64,000 bases of DNA from Callorhinchus milii (lineage: Eukaryota). Below are positions 63,691-64,000 of the stretch, one piece after another. Both the position numbers and the translations under genes were made by a program. The notes under the pieces are model-generated. The model searched no databases. It worked only from the letters and a program-made list of their open reading frames with translations, and was not told the DNA's origin. How positions within the stretch are numbered: the first letter of the stretch is position 1; each line of letters opens with the position of its first letter. The stretch lies in NCBI RefSeq assembly GCF_018977255.1, contig NW_024704759.1, positions 8,618,001-8,682,000 of the forward strand, read 5' to 3'.

Positions 63691-64000
63691 TAGTGAATGT
63701 AACACGACAACGTGCCTATTGGCTACTCGCTCCTTATCCTCTTTCATCTGCACACACAACTCTCTAACTCCAATAAAGATGTGATATTGCATAATTAATA
63801 ATTGAATCGGTGATAAAATATCGCATTTTTCAACCAGCTCTGATTACAGGACCACACAGGTATTTAAACAGCCTCTGAAGTTTATGATTTGTTTTACCTC
63901 ACCTTTCAAGGAAGCAACGAATGAAGGAAACATGTAACTTCAGCCAGACAGTTTTAATAAAAATGTTGTTTTTGCTCTTTCTCCGGATGTGCATGAAGCT

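Overview
This is repeat-rich vertebrate non-coding DNA, either a gene desert or a very large intron. I recognise no host protein-coding gene; the listed ORFs are LINE fragments, SINE read-through or chance. The repeat set suggests a cartilaginous fish, possibly a chimaera such as Callorhinchus (inference). It comprises L2 LINEs with (GTT)n tails, CR1 LINE 3' ends, many tRNA-headed Deu-domain SINEs with L2-like (ATT)n tails, and a tRNA-Val-headed SINE sharing that tail. Beyond routine repeats I found five things. (1) At least three 5'-truncated L2 insertions have junctions filled with copies of nearby DNA, direct, inverted or patchwork. (2) A family of ~230-bp fully palindromic elements occurs intact, split at the hairpin apex by an L2, and interrupted by a SINE. 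(3) About ten further degenerate palindromes are present. (4) There is an LF-SINE-like relic and a further ancient SINE family in three copies. (5) Several unique blocks look like conserved enhancers (CpG retention, PBX-HOX/MEIS motifs, a CTCF-like site), and there is one weak orphan exon candidate. Family names come from my recall of consensus sequences and need Dfam/Repbase confirmation. Boundaries of degraded repeats are approximate.
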